Made by a program: the position numbers and the translations under genes
Shown here: in pieces, positions 48,968 through 61,011 of the stretch
Numbering within the stretch: position 1 is the first letter of the stretch
How the letters are laid out: every line of letters starts with the position of its first letter
Source of the DNA: Bugula neritina
Lineage: Eukaryota > Animalia > Bryozoa
Reading direction: 5' to 3'
Assembly (NCBI GenBank): GCA_964035545.1
Contig: OZ037769.1
Location: forward strand, 17,390,633 to 17,454,632
DNA length: 64,000 bases
The notes under the pieces: model-generated
Told to the model about the DNA's origin: nothing
The model's database searches: none
Seen by the model: the letters and a program-made list of their open reading frames with translations, nothing else

Positions 48968-50133
48968 TCTCATAATATACTTTTCCTATGTTACTGAAGT
49001 AAGTAAACACGCTGACTTACTTTACAGGGTGCGTAAGTTACTCCAACTGTGCGCAGGTTACCTGTACATATAGTATAAGACTACACCTTTACCTGTAGCA
49101 GCGGAGTGACTTAGCAAATTTTTGTGTCGCACATTACAATAGCCGCAGCATAAAAGACCATTATGGATTGGCAGATATCAATGGGAATTCATTTGTTGAA
49201 AATCAATGACAGAGAAGCTGTGAATAGTGAGAGCTTTTGTTGTTGTCTTCTATATATTATATTATATAATTATCTACATAGAAAGAGAGTCTATATATAG
49301 TAGGCTACCAGTTGTTATATATAGAGTACCAGTTGTTTATGATACCAACCTACTATTGTAGGAGTATTTGAGTAGAAAGATATTGTGTTTATATTATATA
49401 TTTCAAAGTTATAGTTGATTTGAGTTCTCATGCCCTGGAAATGGCATAGTTTTGAGACATGTTATAAATTATTAATACTTCTTAGACTATTGTAAACACA
49501 AACATTAACTTAGGTATCAAATGTTGAAGTGTAGCTACTAATGCGCTAGTGGGTGTGTAGTATATGACTGGAGCAATGAATTGGGTTTAACGTATTGTAC
49601 TGCAGTCATCGCATATGTTGTATCAGTATAGGCCTCTTTAAATACTTCTATCGTAAATAAATATTTTTTATATAGCAGACAAATAAAGATACTTTTTTGT
49701 AATTCTTTATTAATAATAATAAATTAACTTTTGAATAAAACAAAACCAGTTGGGAAGTGGATAAGCAAGAAAGAATAAAAACAATAAATACAGAACATAA
49801 AGTAATAGCAAACAGTTCCGGGATTCAATGAATTTTGCCATGTTTGCCCATCATTAGTGAAAAAATAGCTAGTAATAATAATTATATTGCACAGGCTCAT
49901 AGTTTAGTTAGTGGCATATGACATTTTAGCAATATGATTAATCAAAAATTCTATATTCAAATATTATTTTTTCAAAATATATTTTGAGTTGAGTTGCAAA
50001 CCCTGAATAGCACTTGACGATTGCTTCAGCAACGCACAAACTGCAGAGATTTCTGGAACTTGAGAGATGACTGGATGTAAATATAAGAAAATAGAGAGAC
50101 TTAGTATATTGCAATGTATAGATGTTTGTTAGA

Positions 50134-53100
50134 CTAGAAAAGGAGTAAGATGAGACTAACAGCTGTAACCAAACTCGTACTGATATGCACAGATATGGCA
50201 GACGAGTTTTCTGGAACAAAACAGAGTTTTTGTGGTGAAATGACGGGCGTGTTGCCGTGTCTGGCGAAGGAACCTTGGCTGTAACCACTTCCTGTGGCGA
50301 TGATCAAGTGACGGCATTGGTCTACAGAAATATCATCTCCAGGCGTCTCATTGGCTGCTTCTACTGGTATTGTTATGACTGCTTTGACCACGCCCCCCGA
50401 CCATGAACTCACGATGTCCTCGTTGTTGGACGCATCGGCTGCTGGTGGGTCATATGATACGGCATATCTGAAATAAGGGAGATGGAAGTGAGTGACTAGT
50501 TATAGTGACTTATAGTAGCAGTTACTGATAATAGTTATTAAAAGGCAATGAGAGTTACTGTAACTGACCTATCAGAAGTTATTACTGTTCCGTCGTTCTC
50601 TATTCCGACATGTTTCACATCTGTATCCTCCATCTTTTTGTTATCAGAGATCCCCAGAGCTATCCAGTCTCCCTTATCAAGTTTACCATATAAGGTAAAG
50701 ATGACTGATTTGGAAACTGCATCATATTTCCACTCAACATATGTGTCATCATCTCGCCTGAACACATTTTCAGGCTGTCCACTCATATCTTCAAAGGGAT
50801 TAACGTTATAGCCATACATGTATATTGATTATTAAACAGTATACTTCATACAATTTGACATAGATTCATTATATATTGATACATATTATAAAACACATTA
50901 CTCTTAATGCTAATTTGCTTGAAGTTGTTCTCAAATAATATAAAATAACTAAGTTGAGCTTACAGAAATGGAGTCACTTAAAAGGCTTATGAGCAATTCA
51001 TACCATCTAAGAAGTTGATACTGGCAGATCCCCTTTGACCTCTATGTCCGTGATACATAAGGACATCCTTTCTATAGAAGAAGATGTCACTGACTGTACA
51101 GAGTTCCAGACCTGTCTGAGGATTGTGGTTGTAGTTGAGATGTTCCTGGCCATGTGCCCAGATGACGGTCATCACGGAGTCGGTGATGGAGTGGTCAAAT
51201 GTCTCGGTAGCTGGAGAGACAAGTTGTTATACTGTATTACAGAGAGACTTTTATGTAATCACTGATCAGTTGTATAACAAGGCTACCAACTGGCAGAGGT
51301 GTGAGTAACTTGCTAATGGAAGCAATAATCCTAACCTTTCTCAGGTCTTCTAGTAACACACTGTGTTTCAGGTCAGCTTCTATGAGGAACTCTCATGTCA
51401 ATGCACAGTATAATATACAGTATTACACATATCATAAGCTGTTATTCTATACCAACATCTCTGAAATATTTACCTTCCAGTTTTCTCCTAAAGAGAATTG
51501 TAGTCTCTCCGTTTACTTCTTCTCCTATGGCAGCAGTTAGACTGTTCTCTGCACCATAATATGTGTCAGCTTTTGGGGTACTTCTGTCTCGAGAGAAGGC
51601 ATCATAAATACGAGACCTTTGACCTCTGGCAGCCATAATCACCATGTCAGTGCAATCCATTGGGTCTGAAGAAATTGAAGTTATTTTGAGCTATCTGTTT
51701 GCAATACCAGCTAATACAGAAGTTTGAATCCCGATTAAAACAGCATCAGCAGAATTTTTGACTGCATATGACAAATCGTATTTCAAGCTGATGCATTAAA
51801 ATATGGTAGTGAATCTCAATGAGTAAGTACAGAGAACCTCCTTTCTACTATTTGAAAGTCTGTATAAGCTGTTGTAATCTTGGGGCCCTTTCAATAAGTT
51901 CATATTAATAAGTGTACAGAAGTTAAAGTATTCTTACGCCCAGCAGTGTTGCTTTCTCCTTCTGGCTCTGGCTCACTCTCGCCATGGCCTTCTGGCTCCC
52001 CCTCGCTGTGTCCTTCTGGTGTTGTTTCTGGTTCCGCTGTGCTATGACCTTCTGCTGTTGTTTCTGGTTCTGTGGTACCATGACCTTCTGGTGTAGCTTC
52101 TGCTTCTGGAACAGCTTTTCCACCGGATCCTGGACTGCATTGATAAGTTGCTAATGAACTGTCTAATCCTTGAGCTGCAATAAAAAAACGTAATATGAAT
52201 TTATTGCTATGACCATAATAATATGCATATGTAGAGCTTAGATTGTATCTGAGATAAGCTGGAGACTTTACTTTTCTACTTACAGATGAGGTACTCTTTG
52301 TTGCTGAGTATTTCAACAACACCTGAAGTGTTTGAAGAAGGCGGTAAAACAGTGCCCTCTGATGTTGGTTCTGACGCTGTGGACTCGGGGGTTGATTCTG
52401 CTTTTGGTGTTGTTTCTGATGTTGGCTTTGGCTCAGACTCAGCAGTACTCTCAGCTTCTGGAGTAGATTCAGACTCTGGTTTAGATTCAGACTCCGGCTT
52501 TGGGTCTGTCCCGATGGTGCGACAGTTTAACGGGCTGGTTGGTTTCCACCCCAAACCAATCCATGTGGTTGTTTTTGCCTTAACTACCATCTCTACTTCA
52601 CTCGCTATAACTTTGGTGTACAAGTCAAAGTTTTCTGACATAGTGTGCTTCCTGTGGTCACTTAGGTCAAGGTCTCCCAGAGTCTGAACAGTTGATACCT
52701 ACGGTCATATTGGTGCACACAATTACTTCCTTTTGTAGGTCAAAGTGCCAGCAGAATAGAGATTATCTTTAGGCTATCTCACATTACTATTTGCAAAATA
52801 ATTGCTGGTAGTTGTTTACAGATTACAGACTAGTTAGTGATTTAAAAAGAATATCTCACCAAGCTGCACTTTTCACCGAAGTAACCTGCAGCACAGTAAC
52901 ACTGTTTTCTTGGACTAGACACGGCGTGTGTATCAAAACATTCTCCTCCATTCAAACAGTCTGAGTCTACTTCACAGTCATCTACAACAGAACAACAGAG
53001 AACAATAAGTCATCACAAAAAGTTAGCATAAGTTCTTTCTTAAGTTATTTAGTTAGGTAAAAGCCTAGAGGAAAATGAGCATCTAATTGACATCAGAAAC

Positions 53101-56100
53101 AAACCCACCCCAATATTGACATCTGTCTCCGTAGTAGAACTTATCACACTGACATCTCCCATTCTGATAGGTTCCTTTGTTAGAGCAGAATTGAGAGGGG
53201 CTAGTAATGACCCTCACATCCGCACATGTCCAGAAGAGATAGTTTGGTCCCCACTCTAAGGCCTGGCGTACCAACCTGAGGGTGCAGTTCTCACACGTGA
53301 AGTTGGCTGGTATCAGGACGGTAGCAGACGTGGCTCTGTAACAGAAGAGTCATTATAAAGAATACCAAACTACTTGTACAGTCATCAGTGGAAGTGGCAT
53401 ATGATGTATATTGCTGAAGATACTACAAATTATCACATTGAAATGATGCGTGTGATCATATGACTTTGATAAGTTCTATATTTTCAGCTGGTACTGAAAG
53501 TTTGCTTCTATAGAACTCATATACAGAGTAAGTAGCTATGTGTTAGAACCTCATCTCATCTCTGCTGTAGACTGAACACCAGTATAATCAATAGAAACCG
53601 TAACTAAGCCACTACTAGAGAAAATGAACCTTTCTATTTTCAATAATGAGAATTATCTTCCCTTTAGTGTAATGGAGTAAAGTAGCAGCTTATTTGTATT
53701 AGCACCCAGTCACCTCATGACTACAGGCAGCGCTGACTTGCATAGTTCTAACAGAAAGAAATGAATTGCCTGTGCTGCATATTGCCTTCTGTGCTGCATA
53801 TTGCCTTCTCCCTTTGGCAAATTACGTGTGACCTGACTGACCACAAGACTGTGGGCAGCAGCTAGGGACCAAACCGAACAGACTCTGTGCTGCCTCACCG
53901 CTGCTGCCAACCATTGACTTGTCTCAACAGGAAATACGAACTGGGAACAGCATGAGGCACACAGCTGCTTGTCTCTACCATAGCTTCATTATACTCTCTG
54001 TTATATGGTAATTTATTCAGCGAGTCAAAACTGGATGAATTCCTCAAGGATTAAAGAGTTGAATGGCACGTTGCATTGTCTATTTTCTTAAAGATTACCA
54101 TAGCAAGACTCAGCTAGACTTAATGCTGAGCTACACACGCACACACACAGAACACACACAGCACACACACAGCGCACACAGCACACAGCACACAGCACAC
54201 AGCACACAGCACACACACGCACACAGCACACAGCACACAGAGCACACAGCACACAGCACACAGCACGCACACGCACACGCACACGCACACGCACACACAG
54301 CACACGCACATGCACACGCACACGCACACAGCACACAGCACACAGCACACAGCACACAGCACACAGAGCACACAGCACACAGCACACAGCACACAGCACA
54401 CAGCACACAGCACACAGCACACAGCACACAGCACACACACACACACACGCACGCACACACACGCACGCACGCACACACACACACACACACACACACAAAC
54501 TGCTGGGTCATAATCCTAACATTAGTGAATGAAAGCATCTTAATTGGTTATGACTTGCAAATTTTCCTCTTCACTTAATGTTGCAATAATGTTGCAATGT
54601 ATGCAATTTATGTTTAGTCTTAAATCTGATAATAAAAGATTAAAAGTAAGATATGAATATAAAATCTATTAGGCTATTTTCTCAGATGTAGATTATAATA
54701 TTTTGAGTTATAAACGTGCTAAAGTCTTATTATTGTAGCTTATGTGAAGATATTAACTTAACTGACAAAATAAAAGAGATTCCACCAACCAGATGAGTTT
54801 AAGCTGAAGTAATTAACAGAGAAGAAAAGTAAACAGAAAATAAGTTGAAGAGAATGTGAGGAAAAGCTTATTGACTGTGAAAATATAAATAGACAAGAAC
54901 AAACAGAATAGAAAAGAAATTATTGAGAAAATAATAGCAAAGTTTAGAATGTTGAGAAATAGATTAGTGAAATATAAAATAATACAGAATAAAAGTAAAA
55001 GTGGAACAAAAACATATAAGTGAAAGTAAAGCATTGACTTACGTCGTGTCATCAGCCCCTGAGAACTCAGTGGTGTTATCAGCTGGTAGTAGCTGCTTTA
55101 CTGGAGTATCAGTTTGGTCGAGAAGTTCTATTCTGTATCCACCCTGGAATATGTCAATAATTAGTATAATAACACAAATAAATAATATATTACGGTGTTT
55201 ACCATGCTAGATTTATATGAATTAAATTGAATAAGTAATTTATTATGGTGTTTACCATGCTAAATTTATATGAATTAAATTAAATATTATGATTTATTAC
55301 AACGTTAATATTTGGTTTTCAACTGGGTATATTGTGTAGAGTTCTATTAATCTGGTGTGGGACATACAACGTGTTGACTTCAACAAGCAAAGTAATTACT
55401 AAGCTAATGTATACTTTTAGAAGTTGTCTTCCCATGTTATTCTGAATAGTGCCACCACCAAAGTGAATGCTTACTATTGGAGTTAGCTGACCCCATGTGA
55501 CCTTGTGTGACCCCATGTGGCCTTAAAAATATGTGACATTAACCCCATGTGTTTTCTTATTATAAATTGTCACCTTGATGTCCACAATGACTCAGGATAA
55601 CTATCAAAAGATTCAGCCTATTTTGAACAGAGGACCAACTGAACTATATAATATGCCTACAGCCCATATGCTATGAGTTTAGAGTTTTCTCCATTATAGT
55701 GGAAAGTCGAAACAAATACTAGCCAACTTTGCTATTATAGGCAAGACGTTTCCACTTTGTATATAAATAGAAAATGTTGTTTTGCATCAGAAATACTTTT
55801 CAAACTTTTCAGGATGTGGAAATGTATTTTGACAAGATTCAATTTTCAGAAAGTGAATTTTTAGAAAACTGGCATACTTAAGAGAGCCAGAAATTTGACC
55901 TTCTAAAGCATTTTATTACAAAGTTGTGCCGAAGTTGAACAACAAATTAATAATGGGAAGTCATTGTCGTCGTGATGAATTGGTGAATACTGCAGGAGTG
56001 TAACACTGGAGCTAGTGTAACAGCCTCCTGTTTGCTATAGCATGCTACCTTATTCAATACCTCAAAATTATTGGAAAACTGACTGCAAAAGGAAGTGATT

Positions 56101-58863
56101 AATAAATAAAATACATTTTCAGTTGTCATTAGTTCTTATAAATAGCATTTAAATACCACAAAACAGGCTAAAGTAATTGTCATTGAGTTCTACAAACAAA
56201 TTTACACAGTATATCGATCCCACATTCATGTATATCTGCGTAGTTACTCTGTCTATTGCTAGATGTTAACAAACGTGAAGCCTAAAGTCACACAGCTGGA
56301 CAATGTCAACTATAGTTAGTTGGTACTTTATTCTCCTAATTCAGTAGAGGTTTGGGTGAATGATCTACTTCTCATTTAGTGTGGTTATTGGTACTTGCTA
56401 GGCCTGGGAAATTCCTACACAATGTACACTGTACAGTAAACTCTCTCTTTATTATCTTATAAAGTGAGAAACTTGTAATCAATGCGAACATAACAGCAGA
56501 ATAAAATAGACTGTGTCAAACATAGACTGTGTTACTGCCATAGCAACAGCTGGTTGTCATATAAACTTGTCACTTGTGCCAAGTGAAGCATAAATTACTT
56601 TCAAAACTTCCATCAATTTAGGCGGAGAAATCAAAGCAACGATGCAGGAGCTGCTGGAAGGTCTTTGAGAATATTTACTTTGATTTGTTTTAAGAGAAGA
56701 AAACTTCTTTCATCTTCTCAAACCCTTTGAATTGTTTCTCAATATGATTGTGTATCTGGTGTAGCTTACATGTTAATTACAAGTTATATCAAAGTTATGG
56801 CTATATGATAATTATTCTTGATAAGTTAAAGCAAGTGAGACAGACAGACTTAGTAGATGCTATAATAGCACACACAGAGAGCAGCTAGGGTAATGTAGTG
56901 CTAAGTATTATAATCCTTAATACAAGTAGAATACTTAGCATTCATTTGTTGATTATACAATATAGTCTTGACCTACTCTACAGAATCTCAAGGACACTTC
57001 TACTGTTCAGTATATACACCGGCAGCGTAGCCTCAGTATTCACAACTCAACACTGTAAGGGTGGCAGGGAATACCAGCCTTACTTTCTGCTAGGATAGCC
57101 CAAGTAACAAGTTACAATAGTAGAAGTATTACAGGTGTATATATTCTACTTGCTGCGTGAGGGTAGCCTGAGTACCATACTGCTAGCAGCTCACAAATAA
57201 CGGGTGGATATAGGAAGCACCCTACTTACTCTGTGAGGATAACCCAGGTGCCAGGTTACAGTCAAGTTGTATCCAGCCCTCAGCTCTGATAAAACCTCAG
57301 CTGAAAAAAAAACAAAATATTTGTTGATGAATTTTGAGGAAATTGTGTTCCACACAGCTCTAAAAATAAATAAATATTCCTTTGAAGGTGAAAACACCTC
57401 GGAAAGATTTTACCAGCTTGAAATAGAATATTTGACCTTTAACCTATGAATTTCTCCCCAGTGTGCTAATTTCTTGTTTTTGGAAATGAACAAAATACTA
57501 TAAATGATATTATAATGAGTTATTATTAAAATATTGTCAGTAGAGATTAACAATTGAATAGCATATCTGAAAATACTCTCAGTGTTGATATGGAATGTAG
57601 AACTAAGTTAATCCCCTCGGATCAGCTAAGTAAGTACATAGGATGAGCTAGCTAAGTAAGTACATAGGATGAGCTAGCTAAGTAAGTACATAGGATGAGC
57701 TAGCTAAGTAAGTGTGTACGTCATTACAATCAGTGAGTATATAAGTAAGGTGTTATTGTGGTTCTATGTAGTTCAGTAGTCTACCTCTAGGAGGTGATAT
57801 CTTGTAGCAATTACTGGCTCTCTCCTGACCTAACCACCTTATTAGTGATGCAATACACCACCACCCAGACCACGCCCTCTCTTCCCAGACCACACCCCTT
57901 TTCCAGACCGTGCCCTCTTTACTTTCAAGCAACATACATGCATATAAACCATTGGGATATGTTTTCTTTAGCTTCAGAGAGCAAAGTTGTTGGATGTTTC
58001 CTTATCAAAGAATATTTAATTATTGCATCTATAAGTGGATTACCAAATAAAACACCAAAGTGTTATAAAACTGTGAGAGAAATTTTGCTCATATATTAAA
58101 CTGTTTGGTAGAATGAGTGGAATGAATTCCAACAGCTTTAGAATTGAATGCAGTTTATGAGTGTAAGCATAATAACAGTTGATGGGTAGTAGCTGCAGTA
58201 TGCAAGGGTCTATTATAGTTTGTCAGTATTACAGGTGCAGGTATATTATTATGGTAATTTGAGGGACTTTGCATGTATAATATAGAGATGAGTCATTAAC
58301 CAGGCATAATCTAAGTGGTAATATAATGTAGTATAACACCATGTATCGTAGTAGTGTGTAGTATAACAATATATACTGTAGTAGTGTGTAGTATACTGTA
58401 GTAGTGTGTAGTATAACACTATATACTGTAGTAGTATGTAGTATAACACTATATACTGTAGTAGTGTGTAGTATACTGTAGTAGTGTGTAGTATACTGTA
58501 GTAGTGTGTAGTATAACACTATATACTGTAGTAGTGTGTAGTATAACACTATACACTGTAGTATAGTGTGTATAATGTATTAGGGGATTAAGACACGTGG
58601 AAGTGGAACTACCACAATATTTTATTCTGACACTAGCAACAACAATCAACTAAACTCTTTTAAACTAGATAATAATACCATCACACAAGTGATGTCATGA
58701 ACTTACCCTTAGGTTGACCTCCACAGGGTCCCGGGGTTCGCACGTTATCCAGGAAGTCGTAGTCGACTCTCCTCGCAATAGGGTAGGTCAAGGCCACGTG
58801 CGAATAGGAAGTGCCGATCTGCAGAGACGCAATGAGTAGAGTCACAAACATCTGGTCCTTCAT
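50134..58863 (-). CDS. Secreted/GPI-type protein, paralogue 2: same architecture (His1 LPMO-like, EGF x2, split DOMON, DOMON, GPI-like tail); about 11 exons
   Basis: Exons about 58863-58707, 57300-57230, 55143-55043, 53335-53110, 52981-52860, 52698-52283, 52174-51938, 51665-51474, 51209-51004, 50788-50569, 50467-50134. MKDQMFVTLLIASLQIGTSYS|HVALTYPIARR..., ending NSSAISVHISTSLVTAVSLILLLF*. Confidence 0.85.
54132..54497. repeat. (CA)n/(CACAGCA)n compound microsatellite
   Basis: Directly visible. Confidence 0.95.
58325..58572. repeat. Tandem repeat (TATACTGTAGTAGTGTGTAGTATAACAC variants)
   Basis: Directly visible. Confidence 0.85.
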
Positions 58864-59569
58864 ATTGCAGACAGGAAGTGCTGCTATAGTTACGAAGAAA
58901 CACAAAAGTCAAGCACTGTTTGCTATCAAATTGGAAACTTCTAACAGAGCTTTGGATAAGTGTTTTTTGAGAATAAAGAAATATGCCTTCAGAGTGAGTC
59001 ACCACTAATGTGAAGGGTGAAGGTCAAACAAACAGCTAGGGAATTATTAGATATAGTCTGTTGTATTATAATATAATATAACACGCTGTCACATAATATA
59101 ATATAATATAACATAATGTCATATAATATAATATAACACTGTCATATAATATAATATAATATAACATAATGACACATAATATAATATCCTATAATGTCCT
59201 ATGATGTAGCATAGTATAATATATTATAATGTGACATGATGAAATATATAATATAATATATTACAATATAATGTAATATGATATATAATTCTATATAAAG
59301 TATTAGATAATATACTATACATAGTATAACATAGCATAGCACAATCTAAGCATCATCTGTAAAGTATAACAGAACCGTCAGAGTAAAAACCTATATTTTC
59401 AAGAAGTTCATAAAAAATAGACCAACTAAAAACTTAGAAAAAACAGTGATTTTTATAGGAATAGTGTCTTACATTTCCCCGAGTTCTATCCGATAGAGCA
59501 GAGTCTACTTGTACCTGTAAGAGCAGACTCTGTGCTGGTAGAGAAATGAAGACATGTGGTACCCCTTTG

Positions 59570-59770
59570 CTATATAAAGGCTACAATTCCACCAATCATA
59601 CATGCTCTGAAAAATTCCACCAATCAGATACTTGCTCTGAAATATTCCACCAATCAGATACATGCTCTGAAATGTATTATACTGTCTTCAGCTAAACATC
59701 AGCTCTGAGTCACGTGACTTGTAATCCTATGAGTTAATGTAGTTGTTATTCTGTAACCTAGCAACCAAAC
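59570..59770 (+). promoter_or_regulatory. Motif cluster: TATA-like, three tandem CCAAT units, TGAGTCACGTGAC (AP-1/E-box), RFX X-box GTAACCTAGCAAC
   Basis: TATATAAA 59571; ATTCCACCAATCA x3 in a ~29-bp repeat; GTCACGTGAC 59709-59718; X-box 59753-59765. Lies between the divergent paralogue-2 and usherin-like genes. Confidence 0.5.
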
Positions 59771-60844
59771 TGCAGTCTAGAAGACTTTTACTGTGACTAA
59801 CAGGAAAAGGAGTGGATACAGGTATACATCGTAAGGTATCAAGTATTGTTACTCTACAACCCCCTTTCCACCTAATTAGGAAAGAATAGTCACTTGTACT
59901 GCATATCTTCTTGGTGTAAGGGACTTTTCATATTTGAAAGCAGCTTGGAATTCTGTATTCAGGAGTCAGACAACTCTAAATAATCAATCGGAAGAATAAA
60001 GTTTAAAGTTCCACAAGATAAAATTTAGACAAAGAAAAAGCTTCAATTGATCCTATTAATATAAACAACATTGTATAAATCTGCAGCTAAGCTGCATGAA
60101 GAAAGTGCATAACTCCCAATAGTCTGCAAGCAAAGAGCAGATAACTCTCTCATATCTTAAAATATGTTGAGCTCGGTTCAGTTTAGAGTTTATAGTTAGC
60201 AGCCTCAGGGTTCAGAGAGTGGGTTATTTTAGTTAGCAGAAATATGTACACGATCCCACAACTCGGCTGAGCATGGATTTTATTCCAATCAAATGACAAA
60301 GCACACTCATGTCTATCTAACGTCTGAGTCAACACTTGGGAGTTCAAGGGCTGTAAAACATGGAGAAAGGAAGTCAGGTGACTTCACTTGGACCAATCAG
60401 AAGCTCCAGCAGATAAGAGTTATTTTTATTTATTTTATTTGTTCAAGATTAGATAATGCACGGCTTAGCACAGGCATGTCTCCATTAACAACCTTTCCAA
60501 GATTTTGATAATTCAAGTACCGTTATCGGCTATCTAGTCTCTGTAAATTCTTAATTTTGCTTACATCACAGCCTGTGATACGCTCTGACAACAAATCTTA
60601 TTGTGTTTAGTTCTTAGTTTAAGCCTAGCTCCTCTGAATATAGATAAATGTATGAGAGTTACTTGAGCTTTGTTTCCTCTAAGTTCTGCAGTCAGTGAAC
60701 AGGAAGTGTGGGATTGTTTAGTTGATCATAAGACATGGCATTTCTGCGGTATGTAGCACTTAGATGATTGTTTACTAACTGAAATTTTAATATTTAAAGT
60801 CAATACACACACACACACACACACACACGCACGCACGCACGCAG

Positions 60845-60887
<43 letters not shown>

Positions 60888-61011
60888 CATAATATATACA
60901 CATCTTACACTACAATTAACACATGTATACACATCTTACACTACAGTTAACACTTGTATATACATCTTGCACTACAGTTAACACATGTATATACACATAT
61001 TACATTTCAGA

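Noticed and set aside
48299-49010. ORFs of AYITTLT / CKCSNIS / LQLILLH repeats
   Set aside because: Translations of a 21-bp minisatellite in several frames; no splice or domain support.
54063-54578. His-rich and Cys-rich ORFs
   Set aside because: Translations of a (CA)n-type microsatellite.
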